From Camelus ferus (lineage: Eukaryota): 64,000 nucleotides of DNA. Positions 24,560 through 37,005 of the stretch are shown one piece after another. The stretch spans positions 78,556,001 to 78,620,000 of the forward strand of contig NC_045697.1 in NCBI RefSeq assembly GCF_009834535.1, given 5' to 3'. A model generated the notes under the pieces. That model ran no database searches and had not been told where the DNA came from. It was given only the letters and a program-made list of their open reading frames with translations. Made by a program: the position numbers and the translations under genes. Within the stretch, counting starts at the first letter, position 1. Every line of letters begins with the position of its first letter.

Positions 24560-25950
24560 AAGTTACATTTTAAAAGCGGCTTGATTAATACTAAAATAGC
24601 ATTTAAAAAAATAGGTTCAGACTATCAACTCTAAAATTGCCACCACAGAATGAGATAAAATAAGTTATCGGTGTTTGGGATAATACAGCTTTTTTTTTAC
24701 ACGGATGTATGAATTTTTTTCCTAAAAGTTAACCATGCAGTAGGGAGACTAGAAGTTAATACTGTTATTCGGGGAAGATAAATTTTATAGATTTAATTTG
24801 CGATCAAGCATTTGCATATTAAGGTTTGGATTTAACATAAGCCTAAGGTTTGTCATATGCAATTTCCACTTATTTACAATGTATAGGACAACTTATTTAA
24901 GAATGGCTGGCTCTGTGAGCAGTTTACTTGACAAATTATGTCAAATATTTGCTTTCCGAAATCCCAAGAATTGGTTGAGTATAATTGTACTTCATGTTGG
25001 CAAAAAATAAATAAATACGGGACTAAGAAAGTCCTATCATTAATTTGTCAGAAAAGCGAGTTGTCATTTCTGAAAATTTAATGTCACTGGAGCTCTATTT
25101 CCAATAGCAAAGGAGCACGACTGCTAATAGACTTCAGAGCTTGAAATAAATAAATCTTTGGAATCCTGTTGCATCTCTTGGGGTGTGACATTTGACAGTC
25201 TTTTATAGCACAGAACGAAACAAGTTTGTGAGCTGGAATTCAATTGTGGCGTATTGATTCCTTGCATCAGTCATTATTCCCTGCTGATTGACAGCTGAAA
25301 ATTGGTTACGTTAAGTATTTCATATGTTATATTGGCTGACATTTGCTTGCCTGCTCCTGTGTCAATATTGTTGTAAAGATCTCCAGCTTTATGAGATAGC
25401 AATAGACACTGACTGTGGCTTTTGTGTGATGTTCCAGTGTTTTTCCTGACATAATTTAAGACATATTAAAAACCAGCAGCATCTTCCCTCTTGAGAAGCT
25501 TAATGCCAATATTATTGTCTTCCAGGGGAAGATCATGTATGCTCATAATCGGGTGCTAATTTCCACCCGTACGCTCATGTTTAGGCATTAGGCACTATAA
25601 CTGTAAAATTGAGCCTTCTTGATTGATTCATGTCAAGCCTCATCTCGGCTCCTGCAGGGGAAGTCATCCGGCTGACCCTTTTTACACTAAAAGAAGAGAT
25701 TTGTGTTCCTTTCTTTCACCTGGAACCATCAAATTGACTGAATAATCTGTAATACATTAGTGCTGACATTTGTTAGGGGAGAATTAAACAAGACACAGTA
25801 ATCATTCCCTAGAATAAAAATTGTGTTTGATTTCCAGCAGAGTGCTATTAAAGCGATGACAGAATCCGTCTCTTCCGAGGCGAAAAATCGTGAATATTCT
25901 CTGCATTAATGAATCAAGTTAACACATTAATTGCTTACAGGACCTAACTC
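24560..25950. promoter_or_regulatory. Candidate deeply conserved developmental enhancer (TALE/homeodomain motif cluster)
   Basis: No repeat similarity; 15 TGACA/TGTCA cores in 24851-25862; TGATTGACAG (PBX-MEIS) at 25285-25294 overlapping E-box CAGCTG; TGATTGAT at 25620-25627; many TAAT cores; several retained CpGs. Confidence 0.75.
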
Positions 25951-27799
25951 TTCACTAAGAGTGTTAAAGGCTTGGGTCTGGGGGCTCTAATTTATGGTCA
26001 ATGTGTATTTGTAATCCAGGTGAGCTTCTTGTAGGAAAAAAAAATTCTTACTGTCTTTTTACTTTTGCTAGTCTGAGACGTTATATTCCCTGAGATGTAT
26101 AAAAATTCATCCCCAAATGACCTATCATCTACTCTTCAACTCATCTGAGAAATACGACAAAAAGATTGAGTGAGCTAAGCATTCAAGTCCTAAATTTGAT
26201 TCCTGTTTTTATTATGGCACTTAAGTCTGCAATGTCTTTGAATTTAGATCAAGAAAAAGTCCTTCCGGCTTGCTCTTCCTGTTCTAAAGCATGCAGGAAT
26301 CGTTGTCACTCAGCTTCACTTGAAACTCTTCCTGAACAACTGTCTTTCTTAGTCCGTGGTCTTCATACAGCACCTGCTGGTCCACCACGACAGTCAACAT
26401 GAAGGGCCTCACATTACACTCATTAGCGTTCACACGTGTGCTCTGTGATGACCACAGTGTTTTATATCTAACTTGTGTAGGACTCATTTTCAAGATGATT
26501 CATTTGTAAGTGATTATGTGAGTATGTTTTCCATCATGAGTTCACACTTCTCAGAAGTACCACTTAAAAATGAACCTTTTCCACTTTTGATTGTATTTGT
26601 GGAAGCAGTTGTCAAGTTTGCTAATTGGGGTCATTTCAAAGTGCTGCCACGCCTGTACTCCAGACACTCCACGCCGTGTGGAGCAATTTGGGGATGAGAA
26701 CTGAGCAGCCTTTGCAAAGAACTAATACAGAGAAAACAAAATGCTCCTCTTCCTTGAAATACTGTAAAGGCCTCCAGAAACTGGTTAAAGTTAAATGGCC
26801 AATTTATAAACTAGTAGGAAGCACCTATCAATTTCTACAAAAAATAAACTCTTAGTCTAAGGGGATGGAATAAATTGGTTTCACTTCATTTAATTTGGCA
26901 AATTTAATAGTTTGGTTGTCTCACAGATAGCCTAGATAGCCTATTTCTGTCCAAGAACTTTCCTGAAAAAACATAAAACATACAGGCTATGCCAAACACT
27001 TTGTTAGGAATTAAATCTACTTCCATGAAGACACGAGGCTTGTTCTCAGGGAGTCCAATCTCTTGGGAGAGAAATGGAAGGACATGCTTACAATAAAATA
27101 GGTTCAGTGCTGAAAGGAAAATCTGTACAAAGTGTTCTTTAACATACTGTTTTTGACCAAACTAGTTTGTACTCCAATTTTATAAACAATAGCACATGCA
27201 TTCATATTTAGAATCATTTTGCACCTCATGGAGGAAAGCTATAATGCAGAGGAGAGTGATATATAATTTATGGAATCAGAATCAAATATTTGACAGTTTT
27301 TCTAGTGTCCATGAACTTATTGGTTGACAAAGGCACTTGCTCTAAATGAAGAACACCCCATCTCTGCAACTCAAGTCCTATAAATACACTTTTGAGGGAC
27401 TGAGCTCTTCACTGGCCAATCACCCTCTCACTTGCAAAGCATGGGGAGCTCTGAGGAGCTACAAAGACAATTACAAACCAGGTCAAGGTCAAGCTAATCT
27501 GTTATCAGGAACTGTAGAACAAGACAAAAGAACACTAAACATGGAACAAGAAACCAAAGTGTTCTGGCCTGAAATTCCTGAGCTGTAAAGGAGTTTGGAC
27601 TACCTAATTTCTGATGTTATTCCTAAACATAAAATCCAAGAATAATTTACTATATAATGTTTAAAGTGGTACAAATAAATCTATTTGGAAAAGAAGGGTA
27701 TATAAATGCAGTTAAAAACATTTTTGTAAGAAGAATATTTGTGATTCATGTATTAATATACGAGCAAATGAAACATGGCTAACTAATTTACCCGACACT

Positions 27800-28060
27800 G
27801 TCAGCAGTCAAAGGCACAGAAGTCAACAAGACCCAGTCCCTGTCTTGTGCGTTGAATGGGCAACAGGAGGAGAGCAAGAGAGGCAACCCAGTTCTAAGCC
27901 CTATACAAGAAGCATTTACAAACTGCTATGATGGTAGGGCAGCTTAGAGGAAACAGCGATTAATTGCATTGGGGACAGACAAGCGTCAGAGAGTCAGAGG
28001 TGAGAGTTTAGCTGGGTAGACATTAAAGAATGTGTGGGACTTTCAACATGGCCAAAGGGG
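27800..28060 (-). mobile_element. L2 LINE fragment
   Basis: CAACAAGACCCAGTCCCTGTCTTG...GAGGTGAGAGTTTAGCTGGG resembles antisense L2. Confidence 0.55.
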
Positions 28061-28084
28061 GACTGAATGAGCGCTCCAAGATAG

Positions 28085-28830
28085 TCATTATTGGTGAGCA
28101 TCCCTTCCTGAGAACATGATTCTCTCTAAGTAGCTTAAACAAGAAGGAATTTAATATAGGATGTTATTTAACACATAAATCTCTGGGAAGACTGAAAAAA
28201 GACTTTCAACTGAGTTTCCTGAAATGACTTCCAGAGTCATATACAGAGCCGCACACAAAGGAACTGCTATTTTTTCCTTATAGTCAGGAACTCCCTGGCC
28301 AAGGACACACTGTCACTGTCCCTGTTAAGGAAACAGTGCATAAGCCACAAAACCAAGAAACTGTTGGCAGGTAAGCTTAAAAGAGCAGCGATCATGGGGT
28401 GCTCTGTTCACTGATATGCCAGGGACTTAGAAGAGAGTCTGGAACATGACAGGTTTTCAGTAAGCATCTGTTGAATGAACTGAATGAGTGAACTGCTATC
28501 TCCACCCGCTCCAGAACAATGCCACGCCCGGTACGATGTACTTCAGCCAGTGGATTCCTGGAGCCTGGCTCTCAATACCAATCAACTTGGTGAGACACCA
28601 GTGCATGGCTAATGCTGAAAAGAGAAACCAAATGCCTTCTCAATACTGTTTGTCAGCAGATGCAATTGGTCTTCCTGAAGCATGGTCTCTGCCTCACTTT
28701 GGCTTTCAATCTCAAGTCCTTGCATTGGATTGGAGGATCCACATCCAGGACCGACCATAAAGGGAGCCTGGGAAATAGGGCTTTCCGCTTTTCAACCTCG
28801 TCAATATAGAAAGAACAGCATGACAAAAGA
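28085..28830 (-). mobile_element. Ancient MaLR LTR (MLT1M-like), 3' LTR of the relic provirus
   Basis: GAAATGACTTCCAGAG, ATGGTCTCTGCCTCACTTTGGCTTTCAATCTC and CACATCCAGGACC...AAGGGAGCCTGGGAAAT match old MLT1 (M/N-type) LTRs as recalled. Confidence 0.6.
28371..28492 (+). mobile_element. L2 3' terminus nested inside the old MLT1 LTR
   Basis: GTAAGCTT...CTGTTCACTG...TGGAACATGACAGG...AGTAAGCATCTGTTGAATGAACTGAATGAGTGAA; canonical L2 end with a (TGAA)n-like tail. Confidence 0.7.
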
Positions 28831-29749
28831 GGTGACCAGTCCATCCCTTTGGCTCCTAACATCCATATATCACTTCTTATCAAATAGAAGCTTAGTAACA
28901 AGGAGAATAATATTTTCCCACTATCACACAAGTACAACAAATAGAACTGAAAATGTCCCATCCCCTCTCAAAGGGTGGACACAAAGTTCTGTCCATTACT
29001 GTGCTTATCTCTGATAAGTCTATTTCTTCTAACTGAGTTAGAGTCCTGCCTTATTATCTTACCATCTAGACATTAAATAATAAACTTAACAATCATAGTC
29101 AGACACTGAATAAAAGAGGGTGTGTAAAGACAAGGAATAAGTGGGATTCAAAAATTCAGACACAGAAAATGTGGGGGTCAAGTGAAATTAATGAACAGGC
29201 TGGAGTGAACCTGTATTGAAAGTTAGAGAGGGGTTCACCTGCACAGACCAAATCTATTCTGGCCCCACTGTGGTTAGGAACCACCTGGGAGTCCATGTCT
29301 ACTCTGCCTTAAGTATCAACGGGAAGAATTTGTGTCATGTCTCTGACTATGACTTTTAGGACTTTGGCAGTGATTCCAGTCATCCTGACACAGGATGTTG
29401 GGCCAGAGGACATGGGAGATGGAGGGACAAGCCCTCCACCCCAAGCTTCCTGAGATGGAGCTGCTTGCTGCTTGTTGACTTGGCCTCACCTCTCTGCCCT
29501 GCGGATCTCACTCCTTCACACTCACAGAAGAAAAGAACTATAGTTCCGCTCCATCTGAACGCAGGGACTGGGTGGAAGAGGAGAGTCCATGGCCAATCTC
29601 ATTGCATCTGAAATACTGGTATTGCAGGGAGCTTTGTGTGTGTGTGTGTTTTCTGTATAAATGTATACACTACAGGTACTGACAACAGTCCTCATTTCTG
29701 TAATGACAATGAATTCAGAGACGGAATCTGGTAAATCCTTTCCTCTAAT

Positions 29750-31250
29750 GCCCAGTCCATGTTCCCGCTGCTCTCAGCCATGGCACCCCGCTGGTCATGG
29801 TCCTTACAGGGAAGAGTAACACAGACTGTCCTTCCTGAAGACCCTGCCTGCCTAGGTCGCTATGTCATATTCCTCGGGTACTAGCCAGGACCCCAGAGGC
29901 TCCCCAGAATGGAGACGGCCTCTCCCCTGGCCCATGAGAAGCAGCAGAAGTCTTAAAGAAAATTCTTAAATTTTTCTTGTCACTCATCTTTTGATCACCT
30001 GACCAAAACGTTAGCCACTGAAGAGTCCCTGGCCACGTCTCCTAGAAAACTGTTGCTAAAGGTTCTGTCTGCTAGGAAGATCTGCCCTTAGAGCCCACTC
30101 TTACATACAGCTGTAACGCAGGAACCATCCACTTCTGGGTGGGGAGAGTGTATCATCCTCAGCGACCTGTAAACTGGCAGGCGGCTTCTGTGGGAATTCT
30201 CATGAGGCCACAGGTAGCAGGGCAGGGAAGGATGGCGATGCAGCCAAAGAGGTACCACGTGAGTCTAAGACACCTGCCCTAGCAACTTAGATGTGACTTT
30301 AAAAAGTGCTTAAGGTCGGTCTTGTGCAAACTCCATCACGCTGACAATGCGCTGCTGCTGGGTGCTTCTAATCCCATGGCTCTGCTACAAGAACAGCCGA
30401 GGACACGGGATCCCGTGGTGTCTCCGAGTGTTCGATATATTCCAGTAACATGCCAGCAGAACAATTATAACCACAAAAAGCCTTGCTCCAAAATCTAATG
30501 CGCTCAGGCTGTGATTCTGCTCTCCAGCCTTGCCGGAGGCTTCACAAATTTCTCTGATCTTCTCGCACCACTGGACATGCTGGGCCATAGACCCAAGAGA
30601 GAAAGCTGCTTCCACTTTTGCCTGGCTGAGCTGAAGAGTCTTTTCTTTCTCTGGGACCTCTCAAAGCTGGCAGCCTTAAGGAATACTCAGTAAATGGGGT
30701 ATGAAAACACCCACAAGTAGGGTTTAAATTGCCTCTCAATGTAAAGAAGCCCAACAGGCATTATGCCTTTTTCTCGGGGCCAGTTGATGCAAAGTCTGGC
30801 AAGTGTTCTTTTACATTCAAGGAGATTTCCTTCAAGGAGACTGCACACTATTGGATCTCCACAAGCTTCACTGGATTTTCAGAGCATGCATCTCTCATCC
30901 CCTTGCATGCACATGTGTCTTATGTAGAAACACAGATCACGGTTATTTCCTGCCTACCAGCTCCTATCAGCTCCTCAACCTCTAAAGGATGGACCTGCAT
31001 AATACCCTAACAATGGTGAGACAACCAGGGTCCCTGCAGAATAAATTACAACAAAGAACCAGAAAACTGACATACTAGGGGAATGCAATAGAATCATACT
31101 ACTGCCACTGAGAGACGAAAGCAAAGTGCTCTGGAATCCTCTGCTGCTTCTTGTCAGATAAGTTGTTCCATGCCTGGTGCTGGGGATTGGGCTGATGTGC
31201 TTCACTGAAGACAGAACTTCGGGAGCAGCTGTGGACTTGGAGGTAACACT
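29750..31250 (-). pseudogene. ERV-L-type pol relic (RT and RNase H), with frameshifts and stops
   Basis: Hand translation of the minus strand gives VKLVEIQ, LLGFF, PIY*VFLKAASFE, QAKVEAAFSLG, SLRQG..ESQ..RFWSKA, LLACYW, SHGIRSTQQQRI and TSKLLGQV. These are collinear with ERV-L Pol motifs VKFLGVQW, LVGLFGFW, PIYRVTRKAASFEW, PLGFWSKA, LLACYWAL and TSKLHE. Confidence 0.8.
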
Positions 31251-31599
31251 TGACTGAACTTGTCACAATCCCCTGCTTAGCAGAGGGAATGACAGTGACC
31301 TCACAGAACGTGCAGACCTGGGCTAGGAGCTAAAGAAACTGATAATCTAGGAGTAGAAGGAGGACTCTGAGAGCTGACTCTCTGTTTCTCCCCGTCCCGG
31401 CCCTTACCACTTTTTAACACAGTTTCAGTCACAATCAGGTGAATGACTGGGATTGGAGGCCTTTGTTATGAGGTGGGGTACTTATAAGGTATTCAAACAA
31501 AGCATGGCCAGTCTTTAGTAGGTGTTACAGTGTTAGATACTGAGGGTTTTTAGAATCCTGATAATCTCTCTCTTCCAGTTTGGGGGGTCTCACTCTTTC

Positions 31600-32035
31600 C
31601 CAATAAATGCTGTAAAATTTACAAGAATCTTGGAGAGGTTTGGAATATAACCTATAATGTAACTTAGCAACTCAGAGTCAGACTGGACAATCTATTTAGG
31701 CAATTCCAACTAGATACAATAAAGCGATGAACCTCATAGGACATCCATGGATGATCATGGTCTTCTGGTGTCACCTCAATCTGAGAATGTAAATTCCTGC
31801 ATGCTAACTTCTTCGTTTAACTCACCAGAATATTTAGAAGCAGCTCCCCTAAATCAGTCTTTGTATTTCCCGCTCTTTCCATGATGGTTGATTGAAGCAG
31901 TCATGTGGTATGTGATGTCACGCCCTCAATGAGCACTGTTTTCAAGGCTGTCTCAGATGGTAATTTTAGTAACTGCTTCATCTGCACAACAAGAATCACC
32001 CGCCTCTCTTCTAACTGAGATTCAAATCCAACCAG
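31600..32035 (-). pseudogene. ERV-L/MaLR gag N-terminal relic
   Basis: Minus strand reads QLLKLPS...IEG, KYKD and GELLLNILVS, resembling ERV-L gag QLLKLSP...NYKD.GIGWLLL.ALES. Confidence 0.6.
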
Positions 32036-34832
32036 GCACTGTGTTTTAGTGTTTTAGAACTCATGCTTTCACTGAAAACATGTATGTCTATTTTCATCAA
32101 AAGTAATTACATTAAAGATTTTTAGACATTGGTATTTTTTAGTTGCTTATTATTCTATTTTAGTTGATGGTGTATTTGTTTGCCAAAAGAGTTTATATTT
32201 ACAATCATGAGGTGTGACCAATTAAATTATACTTTTTAGTGAGGACCTTATAAAGAGAAAATGCTGAGAGTGAAATGGGAGTGGGTCAGAGAAAAGAAAC
32301 AGTTGGCAAAGAGACAAGTTATTTCTTTAAGGTTTTAACTTCATTGATGTCCTCTTATTCCAATTTTCAAGATCATATTCCTGAAAGTGATCTTAAAGCC
32401 CATCTCGTCTAACCCTTTAGTTTACAGCAAAAGAAGCTGAGGTCGCACCCACACCCCGATTAAACACTTCATTATATACTGTCTTATTCTCTAATTGCCT
32501 CTTGCATGTATTACATTTCTAACAAGACTGTAAGCTCTTTGATAGCAGAGATAATTATCTTCTTTTTTTTTTATCTCTCTCACAGCTCTTAATACTTGTT
32601 GATTAAATGATTGATTTAATCAAGGATGCTCTCTTTTTTATCCCTATGCTTCCCAGATCACTGGTCAGGTCACAGATTGAAGCACTCATGACAGAAGATA
32701 TTGTTAGTATGTAAAGAATTCTAGGTCCTTTGGATATAGTGTACTTGGTTAATAAGGTAACTAAGTAAAGTCAAATGACTCAATAATTAATGGAATAAAA
32801 ATCAAGAGGAAGGATTACAAAAGGAATTTGTAAATTCGAACAAAGCATTAGTTTTCCAAGATGGTGACTGTGATACAAATGGACTTTTGTTAACTGTGAA
32901 ACTGCTAGAAAGTTAGAAAGTCCACTGATTAACCAAGTAGAAAATGTGTGCTTCTAAGCATATGCAAATACAGGAAAAACCTATGAAAGGACCAGACTGC
33001 ATTGTGTACTTTCTGTAAATTACTGCACACAGGAAATCAGTAGCTTAAGATTAGATGGGGGATACATACGTTTTAAGTATTTAACAAGAAGTCGTAGAAG
33101 TATTAAAGGCTATTTCTTCAAAACTGTGGGAACTTGTAGTTTACAAATGAAAACACTGAGGTGCAGAGTATCTAGATGCATTAATGCTTTGTCCAAGTGC
33201 ATACATTTATTAACTACATTTAGGATCAACCAAATTGGTCATTTTAATGCTCTTCCTATGCATTATGAAACTCATGTAGCTACCCTGTATTTGAGGTAGA
33301 TGTTTTTATAAACATCGAACAAGGTTTCAGATAGCCACCCTTTGTTATATTATTGGTAATTACATACGTGTAAATTTCATTGGCCAGTTTGTGGCACACT
33401 GGATGATTTTGTCTTATCCTTTTTACTTTCATTATGTTGGGGATAAAGAATTGCACATAGTAATTGGTCGATAAATGCTTGCTAATTAAAAGAAAAATAT
33501 TCAATCACCTCTCCTTAATAAATGTGCTTTTGTTTGCAGAATTCAATTCCATCTTCCTCACTACAAACTTGTGCTATCAGCCACTGCAGCACTGAGTTGA
33601 GGCTCCATGTAAATGGATCTTTTCCTGAGGTAAAAGAAAAGGCAGCAATAGCACACAACTTCTTATACAATTTATTTTACAAGACTTCATCCTAATCTTT
33701 CTTACAAAAACTCTTCCAAATTCTAAGACAAATAAAATTATAGTTAATTAGATGCTTAACTGCTGTTTATTATATTTGTATATTACTTTTGGGTCAAACT
33801 TAAACACAGAAGAATTATATGTCTATGTGTGGGGAATAAACTTTCAGAACAATGGGATCTCTTTTATAAGCAATGCAGATTGTTTTTTTAAACACTTATA
33901 AAAAAACAGCACATAATTTAAGAATTTAGTGCACGATGTGAGGATTATGGGAAGACGGTGGAGGTGGCAACTGACCACATAGCTTTGGATCTTCCTGACT
34001 CCAGTGTGAAAACAGAAAGATTAACTAGAAAGCAATACCAACAACACGTGGACAATATATACAAAAAAAAAACAAAAAACTAGGTGACAAAGTATCTCTC
34101 ACAAAACAAAGTAGAAGTGTGAAAGAATGAATTGTCAATAGTTCCAAGATCTGTGTTGTTAGCAGTGTCTGCGAAGGAGAAAGCAGAGAGAAATCAAGAG
34201 AGTGTCTGGCAGACCTGAAACAGGAGAAACCCAAATACCCAACAAACAGTTAATAACTAGAAATAAATGGAAAGCATAGTGGGCCAGTAAAACTGAAACC
34301 GAGTGTGGTTTCCTCTCTTTAATTCTAATAAGTGCAAGAGGTCCAGTCAGAAGGAGCTGTAGCAGTTTGCCCCGATGAGCTTTTAAAACTGACCTCCCAT
34401 CACGCCCCAGGACTCCTTTAGAGGAGGGGGCATTGCATTTAAGAGAAAGTGCCAAGTGGAATCAAAATTGGGCAGAAAAGAACAGCAAAGACACAGGAAA
34501 AAGTGAATCCAGGAAAAAGTGAGGCAAGAGAACAGATTTAGGATATCTCAAAAAAAAAAAAGCTGCCAAATATTTTAATATTTTAATACAGCAGCATGAA
34601 ATGGCAGAAGAGGGAGCTCTGTAGAGTTGTAGAGTTGGAAATGCCTTGGGAACCTATTAGGAAAACTAAATTAATGAGGCCAAATCTCATACAAAGATAC
34701 GATTTAAAAACAAACAAAAAGGAGAATAAGGCACAAAGTAACCATTCCTATAGTCAATGAAAATGAAGCTGAAAGATGTTTTTTAAAAAGGTCAAAATTG
34801 TAATGTACTATTTCAAAAGGAGCTGAAGGAAA

Positions 34833-35358
34833 CTGGCTATCTATTCACAGGTTACAAACTATCCCAAAATGTAGCAGCTCAAAACAATCATTTCACTCTG
34901 CCCATGATTTCATGGGTCAGAAATTTAGGAAGAGCCTGTCAGGACAGTTTGTCTCTGATCCGTGCGGCACCAGCTAGAGCAGCAGGGCAGGAGGATGCAG
35001 TCCCAAGCCAGTGTATCCAAGCACACAGGCAGCAGGCACCTTGATGTTCTTTGGTGCTCTTTCCTAAAGGAATCTCATTCTTAAGATCCTGCCTGTGTGA
35101 CTTGAATTTTTCACAGGCTTCAGGGCAACATGACTTCTTACACAGTGGTTTGAGGCTCAAAGAGGGCAGGAAGAAAGCCCCCAGTCTTTATGAAAACTGC
35201 ATCCAGATCTGGTAAGGTGTCACTAATAGGCATGCTCTATTGGTCAAAGCAGTCACAGACCAGCCTAGAGTAAAGGGAGGGAAAGTAAACCTTACCATCA
35301 CTCCTAGCATAAACCTGATGAGTGTCAAAGAACTTGTAGCCATCTTTAGTGCAACACA
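34833..35358 (-). mobile_element. MLT1G/H-like MaLR LTR inserted in the HAL1/L1M relic
   Basis: ACAAACTATCCCAAAATGTAGCAGCTCAAAACAA...GGGTCAGAAATTTAGG...CTATTGGTCAAAGCAGTCACA...GCCATCTTTAGTGCAACACA. Confidence 0.8.
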
Positions 35359-35585
35359 GATCTTAAGAAAATAATAAAAGAGATGAAAGTATGCTATAGA
35401 TCAGCATTAAAAAAACTCAGCAATGAGATGATAAAATGCAAATAGATTTAGATATAAATAAGAAGTCTCTTAAGGAATGAAAAATAAGAAGAAACACAGA
35501 AACATTTTGAAAAAATAAATAATGCTTCATGAGAAATTTACAGTTGAAAAGTACAATTTTAAAGTTTCTTAAAAAAAGAATAAAG

Positions 35586-36257
35586 TGATTTTGAACATCT
35601 TTTCATGTGCCTGTTGGCTATTTGTATGTCTTATTCAGAAAAATGTCTATTTAGCTCCTCTGCCCATTTTTTTTAACTTGGATTGTTTTTTGTTGTTAAG
35701 TTGGAGGAGTTCTTTATGTATTTCGTAATATTAACCCCTTATTGGATATATGCTTTGCAAATATCTTCTCCAATTCAGGAGGTTGTCTTTTTGTTTTGTT
35801 GATGGTTACTCTTGCTGCGCAGAAACTTTTTAGTTTAATATAGTCCCATTTGGGGTTTTTTTGGTTTTGTTTTTTGTTTTTTGGTTTTTTTTTTGCTTTT
35901 GTTTTTCTTGCCTGAGGACAGAGCCAGAAAGATATTGCTAAGACCAATGTCAAAGAGCACACTGCATATGGTTTCTTCTAGAAGTTTTATGGTCTCAGGT
36001 GTCAGATTGAAGTCTTTACTCGATTTTGAGCTGATTTTTGTGTCTGGTGTGAGGTGGTGGTATAGTTTCATTTTTTTTTGCATGTAGTTTTCCAGTATTC
36101 CCAGCACCATTTATTGAAGAGACTATCATTTCTCCATTGCATATTCTTTGCTCCTTTGTCATACATTTACTGTCCATAAATGTGTAGCTTTATTTCTGGG
36201 CTTTCAGTTCTGTTCCATTGGTCTATGTGTATGTTTTTATTCCAATATCATGCTGTT
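35586..36257 (-). mobile_element. L1 ORF2 segment, inverted 5' part of a twin-primed L1
   Basis: Minus-strand ORFs give KWDYIKLKSFCAA...KRQPPELEKIFAKHISNKGL and LTPDTKISSK..KDFNLTPETIKLLEE, both L1 ORF2p. Confidence 0.92.
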
Positions 36258-37005
36258 AAATCCAAATCACAATGAAATAATACCTCACATCCTTGAGAAT
36301 GGCTATTTCAAAAAGTCAAGAAAAACATGTTCGAGAGGATGTGGAGAAAAGGGAATTTTTGTGCATTGTTGGTGGGAGTGTAAATTGGTGCAGTCACTAT
36401 GGAAAACAGTATGGCAATTCCTCAAAAACTTAAGAACAGAACTACTTTATGATCCTATTCCACTTGTAGGTATTTATCCAAAGAATACAAAGATGCTAAG
36501 TTGAAAAGATATATATGCACCCCTATGTTCACTGCAGCATTATTTACAATAGCCAAGACATGGAAACACAACAAGTGCCCACTGACAGATGAATGGATAA
36601 AGAAGATGTGAGATTGTGGAATACTACTCAGCCATAAAAAAGACAAAATCTTGCCATTTGCAACAACATAAGTAGAACTTAAAGGTATTATGCTTAGTGA
36701 ACTAAGTCAGATGGAGAAAGACAAATAACATATGATTTCACTCTTATGTGGAATACAAAAACAAACAAACAAAACAAATGAACAAACCAAACCAAACAAA
36801 AACAAACATACATATTCAAAGAACAGAGCAGAGGGTACCAGAGGGTAGATGGGCAAGGTGAAGAAATAGCTAAAGGGAGTCAAGTCTATGTCAGATGTAA
36901 ATAAAATATTTGACGATGAGCATGCTATAGTGTATACAGAATTAGAAATATAATGCCGTACACATGAAACTTACATGTTATAAACCAATATTATGTCTAA
37001 GAAAG
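36258..37005 (+). mobile_element. L1 ORF2 C-terminus and 3' UTR (sense part of the twin-primed L1)
   Basis: ORF 36148-36504 ends [33 protein letters not shown] (L1 ORF2p Cys-rich domain), followed by a typical 3' UTR. Confidence 0.93.

Noticed and set aside
24798..25010. 70-aa ORF inside the enhancer candidate
   Set aside because: Non-ATG start and no coding features; the region is better explained as a motif cluster.
36148..36504. 118-aa ORF with a Cys/His motif
   Set aside because: It is a chimera across the L1 inversion junction ending in the L1 ORF2p C-terminus, not a gene.
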